Assembly: GCA_963707305.1 (NCBI GenBank)
Contig: CAVPPZ010000014.1
Coordinates: forward strand, 1 to 64,000
Direction of reading: 5' to 3'
DNA: 64,000 nucleotides
Origin: an uncultured Candidatus Rokubacteria bacterium
GTDB taxonomy: Bacteria; Methylomirabilota; Methylomirabilia; Rokubacteriales; CSP1-6
Part shown: positions 11,126 to 19,279 of the stretch, piece by piece
Numbering within the stretch: the first letter of the stretch is position 1
Layout of the letters: every line of letters starts with the position of its first letter
Translations under genes and position numbers: made by a program
The notes under the pieces: model-generated
Told to the model about the DNA's origin: nothing
What the model saw: the letters and a program-made list of their open reading frames with translations, nothing else
Databases searched by the model: none

Positions 11126-11290
11126 CATGGGGGGCTCCGGGCGCCCCCCAGCCCCCCACGCTCCGCGGCCCGGCATAGCCGTGCCGCTCCGCGACTGCCG
11201 TTATCGGTGTAACGGCACTCGCCGAAGGGCGGACTTCACGTCCGCCCGGAGGCGCGGGGGGCTTGGGGGGCGCCCGGAGCCCCCATGTCA
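11126..11290. mobile_element. MITE-like GC-rich element with ~21-bp terminal inverted repeats
   Basis: Left end ACATGGGGGGCTCCGGGCGCCCCCC and right end GGGGGGCGCCCGGAGCCCCCATGT are reverse complements (1 mismatch). Internal hairpins are GCCGTTATCGGTGTAACGGC and GGGCGGACTTCACGTCCGCCC. The element sits exactly between the TAG stops of convergent genes, with CTAG on both sides. Confidence 0.45.
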
Positions 11291-12343
11291 CTAGACTCCG
11301 GCGCGTTTCAGGACGTACGGGATGTTCTCGGCCGCCTGCTTGCGCGTGCCCGCGTCGATCTCGCGCACCGTCTCGACGGTGGCGGCGGACACCGGCGTCG
11401 GAATGCCCTTCTCGCGCGCCTGCGCCACCACGTAGCCGTTCATGTAGTCGATCTCGGTGGGCCGGCCCTTCGCGACGTCCTGCGCCATCGAGGCCCGCCA
11501 GTTGCGCCCGCTCGCGGAGGCCGGCGTCAGCATGCGGTCGAGGGTCTCGTACGTCTCGCGCCGATTGGCGTCCGCCCACTGCTCGGCGGCGGCGCCGTTG
11601 ATCTTGGGGATCGTGTAGCCGAGCGCCAGACCCACGCGCGCGGATTCCGCCGCGAGGTGAATGCTGATCGCCCGCCCCGCCTCGCTCGACATGATCTCGA
11701 GGCCGCCGAGGCCGGACATCGCCTGGACCGGGTTGCCCATCGCGTTCGCGCAGAGCTTCGACCAGCGCTCGCCCCAGAGGTTGTCGGTCGCCAGCGCGCC
11801 GTCGACCACCGACAGGATCTCGGCGAGCTCCTTCGTGCGCGGGGTGATCGTGCCGTCGTGCTCGCCGGCGCGGAAGACGTCGTGGCCCTTGTTGCCGCCC
11901 TTCTCCATGCCGCGCTCGACGGTGCCCGGCTTCCACAGCGCGACGCCGATCTTCGACATCACGAGGCCGACCGAGCGCTGAGCGCCGGCGACCGACGCGA
12001 CGATCGGATCCGGCCAGCAGTTCTCGGACGCGACGACGTAGCCGTCCGCGCGCAGGTGGCGGAGGGCGAGCTGCGTGGCCCACGCGGTGTCGTAGACCTT
12101 CATGGCCACGAACGCGATCTCGAAGTCGCGCGGCAGCCGCTGCGCCTCGTTCAGATGGACGGCCTTCGGCCGCGCCTCGAACGGGTCGTGCGGTCCGGTG
12201 ACCGAGATGCCCTTCCGGTTGATCGTGTCCACCTGCTCGGCCCACGGATCGACGAGCGTGACGTCGTGACCCGCGCGCGTGAGGAACGATCCGAGGTAGC
12301 TGCCGATGGCGCCCGCGCCGACGAAGAGGATCTTCTTGCCCAT
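11291..12343 (-). CDS. panE: 2-dehydropantoate 2-reductase (ketopantoate reductase)
   Basis: ATG 12343 gives MGKKILFVGAGAIGSYLG, the Rossmann motif of the ApbA/PanE family. 350 aa. Confidence 0.85.
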   Translation of the reverse strand: MGKKILFVGAGAIGSYLGSFLTRAGHDVTLVDPWAEQVDTINRKGISVTGPHDPFEARPKAVHLNEAQRLPRDFEIAFVAMKVYDTAWATQLALRHLRADGYVVASENCWPDPIVASVAGAQRSVGLVMSKIGVALWKPGTVERGMEKGGNKGHDVFRAGEHDGTITPRTKELAEILSVVDGALATDNLWGERWSKLCANAMGNPVQAMSGLGGLEIMSSEAGRAISIHLAAESARVGLALGYTIPKINGAAAEQWADANRRETYETLDRMLTPASASGRNWRASMAQDVAKGRPTEIDYMNGYVVAQAREKGIPTPVSAATVETVREIDAGTRKQAAENIPYVLKRAGV

Positions 12344-12396
12344 GGGCCCCCCGATGCGAATCATTTGGGCGCCATGATACCTGCTAACGTGGGTGG

Positions 12397-12894
12397 GTGG
12401 TGATCCGCCGGTTGAGGCCTGACGAGGCGGCGTTGTTCAAGGACCTGCGCCTCCGCGCGCTCGGCGAGTCGCCCACGTCGTTCGCCGACACCCTCACCGA
12501 GGTGGCCGCGCAGCCGCCGGAGTACTGGGACAAGCTCACCGCGTCCGTGACGCGGGCCGACGGGCAGGTGATGTTCGTGGCCGAAGCGGACGCGCGGGCC
12601 GTCGGCCTCGCGTTCGGCCTCTTCGATCGCGACGACACGAACCTCGGGCATCTCGGGGGCATGTGGGTGGAGCCGGCCTGGCGCCGGCGGGGCGTGGGCC
12701 GGGCCCTCACCGACGCGGTCATCGCGTGGGCCCGGGAACGCAAGCTGCGGGCGCTCGAGCTCTGGGTGACCGAGGGCAACCGCGGGGCGATCGACCTCTA
12801 CGCGTCGCGGGGGTTCACCGCGACGGGCGAGGAGGATGTGCTGCCGTCGGACCCGAGCTTCCGGGTGTCGCGCATGATGCTGGGGCTCGTGTAG
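12397..12894 (+). CDS. GNAT family N-acetyltransferase
   Basis: 165 aa with the acetyl-CoA binding motif RRRGVGRAL. Confidence 0.85.
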   Translation: MVIRRLRPDEAALFKDLRLRALGESPTSFADTLTEVAAQPPEYWDKLTASVTRADGQVMFVAEADARAVGLAFGLFDRDDTNLGHLGGMWVEPAWRRRGVGRALTDAVIAWARERKLRALELWVTEGNRGAIDLYASRGFTATGEEDVLPSDPSFRVSRMMLGLV

Positions 12895-12917
12895 GATCGA
12901 GCCCGGGGAGGGCCCAG

Positions 12918-14656
12918 ATGCGCATCTACTACGACATCGATCTCGGCAACCGGACCATCACGAAGCGGGAGCTCGAAGGCGAAGCGGTCGTGAAGGCCGG
13001 ACGTTACTGGATCGCCAAGACGCTGCTCGAGCTCGGCGCGGCCACCGTGGACCCGCTGTCGCCGCAGAACCCGCTGGTCTTCTCGGCGGGTCCCTTCGCG
13101 GGGACGAGCTTCTCGAACGCCAACCGCACCAGCGTCGGCTGCAAGAGCCCTCTGACGGGCGGCATCAAGGAAGCCAACGGCGGCGGGAGCTTCAGCTACG
13201 GCCTCGGGCCAGCAGCACATCGCGGGCTTCACCCTGCACGGCGCGTCGCCCACCTGGGTGGTCGTCCACTTCAAGAAGGACGGCACGATCGAGTTCGACG
13301 ACGCGGCCCCCTACCTCGGGAAGGGCAACTTCGAGGCGCAGGACCTGCTGCACAAGAAGTACGGCAAGAAGGTGACGATCGCGCTCTGCGGCCCGGTCGG
13401 TGAATACCAGGGCCTGCTCGGCGGCGTCGCGTTCAGCGACAAGGACGGCCGGCCCGCGCGGCTCTCGGCCCGTGGCGGCGTCGGCGCGGTGATGGGCTCG
13501 AAGAAGGTGAAGGCGATCGTCGTCGACCTCGACAAGATCCCGAGCTTCCACGAGCCGAAGAAGGTCAACGCGGCCATCAAGGACTACTCGAAGATGCTGC
13601 TGGCCGACTCGATGGTGCAGAACTTCTACCAGAAGATCGGCACCATGGGCATGGCCGATCTCCAGAACACGCTCGGCGGCCTGCCCGTGCGGAACTTCAG
13701 CGTGGGCCAGCAGGCCGACGTCGCGAAGGGCGAGACGTTCAAGATGGGCGGCGAGTACATCGTGCCGCTCAACAACAGCCGCGGCGGCGAGATGACCCAT
13801 GCGTGCATGCCGGGCTGCGTGATCCAGTGCAGCAACGTGTACGTGGACGCGAGCGGCAAGGAGGTCGTCTCACCCGTCGAGTACGAGACGCTCGGCCTGC
13901 TCGGCACGAACTGCGGGCTCAGCGATCCGGACGACCTCGCGCAGATGAACCACATCGCGAACGACCTCGGCGTGGACACCATCGAGCTCGGCGCCACCAT
14001 CGCCGTGCTGATGGAGGCCGGTCTCGGCCAGTTCGGCGACGTGACGTTCATGACGGACGTGCTCGCCGAGATCCGGAAGGGCACCGAGAAGGGCAAGCTC
14101 TGGGCGCAAGGCACGGCCCGCGTCGGTGAGCACTACAAGGTGCGGCGCGTTCCGGTCATCAAGAAGCAGGCGATCAGCGCCTACGACCCGCGCGTGATCG
14201 AAGCGACCGGCATCACCATGATGGCCACCGCGCAGGGCGCCGACCACACCGCCGGCAACCTGCCGCGGCTCAAGACGCGGGAGATGGATCTCAGCGCGAT
14301 CCTGGAGCAGAGCCTCGCGCACCAGGCGCGCGTGGCGGCCAACGACTCGCTCGGCCTCTGCATCTTCGGCATGAGCGTGACGAACCCGAACACGCAGTTC
14401 CTCACCGACGCGATCAACGCCGCGCACGGCACGACGCCTCACGCCGGACTTCTTCGAGCGGCTGGGGCGCGAGGCGCTCAAGCTCGAGTGGGAGTTCAAC
14501 AAGCGCGCGGGGTTCACGGCGAAGGACGACGAGTTGCCGGCGTTCTTCTACGAGGAGCCGCTGGCGCCGACGGGCCACGTGGCCAGGTTCCACGGCGTGG
14601 ATGTGCACGGGATGTACGAGAATACGGCTAGGACTCGAGGCAACTGGATTGATTGA
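12918..14656 (+). CDS. aldehyde:ferredoxin oxidoreductase (tungsten-containing AOR family; two frameshifts)
   Basis: N-terminus MRIYYDIDLGNRTITKR...SFSYGLG. After a shift near 13205 the product continues QQHIAGFTLHG...CMPGCVIQC...DPDDLAQMNHIANDLGVDTIELG. After a second shift near 14440 it continues TPDFFERLGREALKLEWEFNKRAG...GMYENTARTRGNWID and stops near 14656. Confidence 0.8.
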
Positions 14657-14700
14657 CATTGGGGGGAGCGATGCTCGCTCCCCCCAATACCCCCCATCGC
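14641..14700. repeat. GC-rich palindromic repeat (GGGGGGAGCG-ATGCT-CGCTCCCCCC) in a convergent intergenic region
   Basis: Perfect 10-bp G6/C6 stem of the same family as other copies. It lies between the AOR stop and the TauD stop. Confidence 0.5.
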
Positions 14701-14770
14701 TCCGAAGGGCCTTCCGCTGGTCGCACGCGCTCGGTCTTCGACCGAGCGGGTTTCAGACCACCGAGGCGTC

Positions 14771-14802
14771 GAGTCTCAGCGCTGGTTGAGTCTCAGCGCT
14801 GG
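14771..14802. repeat. tandem direct repeat 2 x GAGTCTCAGCGCTGG
   Basis: Two 15-bp units separated by 2 bp. The second unit contains the TauD stop codon. Confidence 0.5.
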
Positions 14803-15740
14803 AGTGAAGTTTCGAGGCCGACGCCTGCGGGGACGATGCCGTCCCAGCGGTCGGTACGCGTCGCGAACGGAGGGTCGGCGGTCGGGGCCTCGCCGGCGAG
14901 GGTCGTGCGGCGCATGACCCGCGCGTATTTCGCGGCGTCCCACGGGCGGCCGCGATGGAGCACGCAGCGGTTGTCCCACATCACGAGATCCCACTGCGAC
15001 CACCGGTGCTGGAGGATCACCTCCGGGCGCGTCGTGTGCGCGAGCAGGTCGTCCAGCAGCCGGCGCGACTCCTCGTAGGGCAGGCCCTCGATGTACCAGG
15101 CGTGCGAGCCGATGTAGATCGACTTCCGGCCGTTCACGGGATTCGCGCGCACCAGCGCCTGGCGGACGGGCGGGAGCGCACGCTCGTGCTCCGGATCGAA
15201 GAGTCCCTGCGCGATCGTGCTGCGCGAGTAGAGGATGCTGTGCACGACGACGCGCCCGTCGAGGCGGCGTCGGACGTCCTCGGGCAGCGTGGCGTACGCG
15301 TGCCGCATGCTCACGAACTCGGTCTCGCCACCGACCGGCGGCACCTCACGGCCGGAGAGCAGCGAGGCCATCGCGGGGACCGGCTTGAACGAGCTGTCCG
15401 TGTGCCAGAGCTGGTTGCCGGACTGGTAGATCATCCGGCGATCGGACCAGTCCATCAGCTTCTCGTCGTGATCGGGATCGACGTTGGACAGGTCCACCAG
15501 GTTCGGATGCAGCCGCTTCTCCTGACCGATCGACGCGAGCGTGGTCTCGAGCGGACCGAAGCGCTCGCTGAAGCGCATCTGCTCCTCGTCGGTCAACCGC
15601 TGTCCGCGGAAGACGAGGACCGAGTGCTCCTGGAACGCGTCGAAGATCGTCCGAAACGTCGCGTCATCGACGGGCCGCGCGAGATCGACGCCCTCGACGC
15701 GCGCGCCGAGGTGCGGGAGCAGGGGAGTGATGGTGACCAT
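14793..15740 (-). CDS. TauD/TfdA-family Fe(II)/alpha-ketoglutarate-dependent dioxygenase
   Basis: ATG 15740 gives MVTITPLLPHLGARVEGVDL. The WHTDSSF iron-binding motif is present. 315 aa. Confidence 0.8.
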   Translation of the reverse strand: MVTITPLLPHLGARVEGVDLARPVDDATFRTIFDAFQEHSVLVFRGQRLTDEEQMRFSERFGPLETTLASIGQEKRLHPNLVDLSNVDPDHDEKLMDWSDRRMIYQSGNQLWHTDSSFKPVPAMASLLSGREVPPVGGETEFVSMRHAYATLPEDVRRRLDGRVVVHSILYSRSTIAQGLFDPEHERALPPVRQALVRANPVNGRKSIYIGSHAWYIEGLPYEESRRLLDDLLAHTTRPEVILQHRWSQWDLVMWDNRCVLHRGRPWDAAKYARVMRRTTLAGEAPTADPPFATRTDRWDGIVPAGVGLETSLQR

Positions 15741-15798
15741 GGGCGGAGGATAGCAGAGGTCTCCCGGCGGGCGGCTCGACTGGGGTACCATCGAAGCA

Positions 15799-16263
15799 AT
15801 GAATACGCTGACTGTCGACGAGCCCAAGGACCTCAAGCAGCACATCGGCCGGGAGCTGGGTCCCTCGGAGTGGATGACGGTCGATCAGGCCATGATCGAC
15901 AAGTTCGCGGACGCGACCGGCGACCACCAGTGGATCCACGTGGACGTCGAGCGCGCCAAGCGCGAGATGCCCGGGGGCAAGACGATCGCGCACGGCTACC
16001 TGACCCTGTCGCTGGTGCCGCGCATGGCCGCCACCCTCGTCACCGTCACCAAGCGCAGCCGCGGCATCAACTACGGCTCGAACAAGGTCCGCTTCACCAG
16101 CCCGGTTCCCGCGGGGGCCCGCATCCGGCTGCGGCAGCGGATCACGGCCGTCGATGACGTGGCGGGGAACGGGGTCCGGGTGACCTCCGAGGCCACCGTG
16201 GAGGTCGAGGGCCAGGAGCGGCCGGCACTGGTCGCCGAGATCATGGGGCTGCGGTACGCCTGA
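15799..16263 (+). CDS. MaoC-family dehydratase (hot-dog fold)
   Basis: 154 aa with DHQWIHVDVERA and GKTIAHGYLT hot-dog motifs. Confidence 0.85.
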   Translation: MNTLTVDEPKDLKQHIGRELGPSEWMTVDQAMIDKFADATGDHQWIHVDVERAKREMPGGKTIAHGYLTLSLVPRMAATLVTVTKRSRGINYGSNKVRFTSPVPAGARIRLRQRITAVDDVAGNGVRVTSEATVEVEGQERPALVAEIMGLRYA

Positions 16264-16343
16264 GGGCTGGGGGGGTGTAAATAAGGAGACGGCCAGGGCC
16301 GTCGAAACAACTGGATGTCATCTTCGACAAGAGGACGGGAACG

Positions 16344-16718
16344 ATGAAGAAGATCGCCGTTGCCGGTCTCATCGTGCTCGGCGTCACGCTGATGGGGGCC
16401 CTGCCCAGCGACGCCGACGGTCGGCGTCACTTCCATGGCCATGGCGGCCATGTCCATACGCGGTTCTTCGTCGGCTTCGGCCCCTCCTACTACTGGGGGC
16501 CGTACCCGTACTGGTATTACCCGCCGGCGCCGTACGTCGTCTACACGCCGCCCCCGGTCGTGGTGCAGCGGAGCGAGCCGGTCTACATCCAACAGACGCC
16601 GCCGCCGATGGCTCCGGCGCCCGAACTGCAGTTCTGGTACTACTGCCAGAGCGCCGGAGGGTATTACCCCACGGTCCCGAACTGCGCGGAGGAGTGGGTG
16701 AAGGTGGCGCCTCGATGA
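16344..16718 (+). CDS. secreted Tyr/Pro/Trp-rich protein with C-terminal Cys-x12-Cys module
   Basis: Signal peptide MKKIAVAGLIVLGVTLMGALPSDA. The aromatic/Pro low-complexity part is YYWGPYPYWYYPPAPYVVYTPPPVVV. The C-terminus is WYYCQSAGGYYPTVPNCAEEWVKV. The stop overlaps the next start (ATGA). Confidence 0.6.
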   Translation: MKKIAVAGLIVLGVTLMGALPSDADGRRHFHGHGGHVHTRFFVGFGPSYYWGPYPYWYYPPAPYVVYTPPPVVVQRSEPVYIQQTPPPMAPAPELQFWYYCQSAGGYYPTVPNCAEEWVKVAPR

Positions 16719-17296
16719 GGATGAAGACGCTGGCGGCTCCGGTCGCGGCGTTGATCCTGTGCACCGCGTGCGCGACCGTGCCGACAGGACCGAACGTGGT
16801 GGTCCTTCCCGGGCGGGGCATGCACTTCGACCAGTTCCGCAACGACGACTACACGTGCCGCACCTTCGCGTCCCAGCAGACGGGCGGGACACCGTCGGAC
16901 ACGGCGGCGCGAAACACCGTCGGTGGAGCCGTGCTGGGCACGTTGCTCGGCGCCGCGGCGGGCGCGGCCATCGGTGCCGCGAGCGGGAGCGCAGGCACCG
17001 GCGCCGCGGTGGGCGCGGGCGTCGGTCTCCTCGGCGGCACGGCGGTGGGCGCCAGCGCGGCGGCCCCCGCCTACAACACGCTGCAGCAGCGCTACGATGC
17101 CTCGTACATGCAGTGCATGTACTCGAAGGGCCATCAGATCCCCGTCGCCCGTGGCTCGGCGCCCTCGTACGCGTCGCAGCCCGCGGCCGCACCACCGCCA
17201 CCACCTCCGCCGCCTCCGCCGCCGGCGGCGAAGCCGACGACGATTCCGCCACCGCCCGCAGGGACGCCGCCGCCTCCACCGCCGGGCGTGAGGTAG
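16715..17296 (+). CDS. glycine-zipper (Rick_17kDa_Anti/2TM-like) lipoprotein with poly-Pro C-terminal tail
   Basis: Start MRMKTLAAPVAALILCTAC has a lipobox. Two Cys-containing motifs are DYTCRTF and YMQCMY. The glycine zipper is GAVLGTLLGAAAGAAIGAASGSAGTGAAVGAGVGLLGG. The tail is a PPPPPPPPPPP run. Confidence 0.65.
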   Translation: MRMKTLAAPVAALILCTACATVPTGPNVVVLPGRGMHFDQFRNDDYTCRTFASQQTGGTPSDTAARNTVGGAVLGTLLGAAAGAAIGAASGSAGTGAAVGAGVGLLGGTAVGASAAAPAYNTLQQRYDASYMQCMYSKGHQIPVARGSAPSYASQPAAAPPPPPPPPPPPAAKPTTIPPPPAGTPPPPPPGVR

Positions 17297-17379
17297 TCGG
17301 CAAAACCGGCGCTCGACACGCCCGGCCTCTTCGGGTCCCGGTTTGACGGCCACAGAACCGGGGCTACACTGCCTCGACG

Positions 17380-18135
17380 ATGACAGCGGCCAAGAAGGGC
17401 GCCCACGAGCTCCACGAAACGTTCCGCACCATCCTCTGCATCGCCGCCCATCCCGACGACATCGAGTTCACGATGGCGGGGAGCGTGGCGAAGTGGACCG
17501 GCGAAGGCCGCGACGTGATCTTCTGTCTCGTGACCACCGGAGGCGCCGGCACCAACGAGTACACGCCGGACGGCGAGGGGCTCGTGCCCACGCGCGAGCG
17601 CGAGCTGCACGAGGCCGCGCGGATCCTCGGCGTCAAGCAGGTGGTGCTCCTCGGCTATGCCGACGGGACGCTGGAGCCGACGCTCGGGCTGCGGCGGGAC
17701 CTCACGCGCGTCATCCGCCGCGCGCGGCCGGACGTGGTGGTCTGCGGCGATCCCACGGTGCGCTACTACGGCAACGAGTACCTCAACCATCCCGACCACC
17801 GCGCGGTGGCCAGCGCGGCGCTCGACGCCGTGTTTCCCTCGGCGGAGACGCGCGGCATCTTTCCCGAGCTGCTCACCGAGGGGCTCGCGCCCCACAAGGT
17901 CAAGGAAGTCCTGATCAGCGGCGCGGTGCCGCCCGACACGTGGATCGACATCGGCAAGACGCTCGACGTGAAGGTCGCCGCGCTCAAGGCGCACGCGTCG
18001 CAGGTCGGCCCGGGCGAGTGGGTGGAGCCGATGCTGCGCGAGTGGGCGGCGCGCGACGCCACGCGCAGCGGCGTGAGCCACGCCGAGGCGTATCGGCGCA
18101 TGATCCTCTGGCGAGAGGGGGATTCGGGGTCCTGA
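17380..18135 (+). CDS. PIG-L/LmbE-family deacetylase
   Basis: 251 aa with the AHPDDIEF zinc-binding motif and a conserved HPDH. Confidence 0.85.
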   Translation: MTAAKKGAHELHETFRTILCIAAHPDDIEFTMAGSVAKWTGEGRDVIFCLVTTGGAGTNEYTPDGEGLVPTRERELHEAARILGVKQVVLLGYADGTLEPTLGLRRDLTRVIRRARPDVVVCGDPTVRYYGNEYLNHPDHRAVASAALDAVFPSAETRGIFPELLTEGLAPHKVKEVLISGAVPPDTWIDIGKTLDVKVAALKAHASQVGPGEWVEPMLREWAARDATRSGVSHAEAYRRMILWREGDSGS

Positions 18136-18171
18136 GTCATGCGGCCCCGATGTCCAAAGGAGTGACGAGCC

Positions 18172-18525
18172 ATGAGCGATGACAAGGTGGAAACGGTCGT
18201 CTCGTCCAGCAGCGGGACCCTCGGACGCGCGTACAACACGGCGCGCACGGCCCGCGTGGCCTTCGACTCGTCGTCGCGGCCGCAGGCCGACGCGCTCACC
18301 AACAGCGAGGCGTTCATCGCGGCGGTGTCGTCGTGCGGCGTGACGCTGATCGAGATGCACGCCAAGGACACGGGGGTGCCGCTGACGGGCATGACGGTCA
18401 CCATCGAGGGCACGCGGACGGCGGCGAAGCCCAACCGCTACGCGCGCGTGGCGATGACCTTCGAGATGTCCGGCGTGACCCAGGCGCAGGCGGACGCGCT
18501 CGTCGCGACCTACCGCGAGCGTTGA
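18172..18525 (+). CDS. OsmC/Ohr-family protein
   Basis: 117 aa. AAAGGAG ribosome-binding site. The Cys-containing core (AVSSCGVTLIEMHA) is typical of the OsmC fold. Confidence 0.65.
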   Translation: MSDDKVETVVSSSSGTLGRAYNTARTARVAFDSSSRPQADALTNSEAFIAAVSSCGVTLIEMHAKDTGVPLTGMTVTIEGTRTAAKPNRYARVAMTFEMSGVTQAQADALVATYRER

Positions 18526-18694
18526 CCCCTCTACGGTACGGTCGCGGACGCGACCGCAGTGACCGTGAAGGCCCTCGCGAAGCCGCAGTAACAGCAGAGG
18601 CGAGAGCCACTCGCGCAGCGGTCGACGAGGGCCTCGGAGTGCGTCGCGCGAGGCCCGTGGGCACTCGCGGAGCGCGCGGGTTCATCCCGCGCGC

Positions 18695-18740
18695 GCAGCG
18701 TGGGGGGCTTGGGGGGCGCGTCTCGGCGCCCCCCAATGAT
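18695..18740. repeat. GC-rich palindromic repeat (GGGGGGCTTGGGGGGCGCG-TCTCG-GCGCCCCCC)
   Basis: The same GCGGGGGGCWTGGGGGG module occurs at 3737-3757 and 11254-11275. Confidence 0.5.
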
Positions 18741-18742
18741 TG

Positions 18743-18757
18743 GTTAATTGCGTTAAC
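18743..18757. promoter_or_regulatory. perfect palindrome GTTAA-TTGCG-TTAAC in the marR promoter region (candidate MarR operator)
   Basis: AT-rich palindrome 28 bp upstream of the marR ATG. MarR regulators typically bind such dyads in their own promoters. This is an inference. Confidence 0.4.
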
Positions 18758-18784
18758 TGTTCAAGCGGTGCATGATTTGGCCCC

Positions 18785-19279
18785 ATGCTCACCCCGCGCC
18801 GCCGCCGCTCCGCACGAGCACGCCGGGCGCCCGGCCTGTCGGTCGACGCCCAGCGTCTGCTCGAGCTCCTGAACGCGCTCGGCAGCACCACGTTCCGCCA
18901 GATGGTCTGGCAGCGCCTGTCCGAGCTCGACCTGACCTTCGCGCAGTCGCAGGTGCTGTTCCACGTGAACGATCATCCGGGCTGCCCCATGGGCGACGTG
19001 GCGAAGGCGTTCGGCGTGACCCTGCCGGCCGTGACCCACATCGTGGATCGTCTCGAGCAGAAGGGCTTCGCGGCGCGGGGCGCCATGCCCGGGGACCGTC
19101 GCGTCACCACGCTCGAGCTGACCGCGGCCGGACGGACACTGGCGCGCGAGCTGGACTCGACCCGCACCCGCGCCATGGAGGCGATCCTCGCGCGTGTCTC
19201 GGCGGCGGAGCGGCGGCAGATCCTGACCGGCGTCGAGGCGCTCGTCGACGCCGCGATGCGGGCCACGGAGGAGTCATGA
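18785..19279 (+). CDS. MarR family transcriptional regulator
   Basis: 164 aa with a winged-helix region (GDVAKAFGVTLPAVTHIVDRLEQKGF). The stop overlaps the next gene's ATG (ATGA). Confidence 0.85.
   Translation: MLTPRRRRSARARRAPGLSVDAQRLLELLNALGSTTFRQMVWQRLSELDLTFAQSQVLFHVNDHPGCPMGDVAKAFGVTLPAVTHIVDRLEQKGFAARGAMPGDRRVTTLELTAAGRTLARELDSTRTRAMEAILARVSAAERRQILTGVEALVDAAMRATEES

Noticed and set aside
17297-17379. Rho-independent terminator after the glycine-zipper lipoprotein gene (AAACCGG...CCGGTTT)
   Set aside because: The 7-bp inverted repeat is separated by ~28 nt of poorly pairing sequence, and the T-tract is only 3 nt. It is not convincing as an intrinsic terminator.
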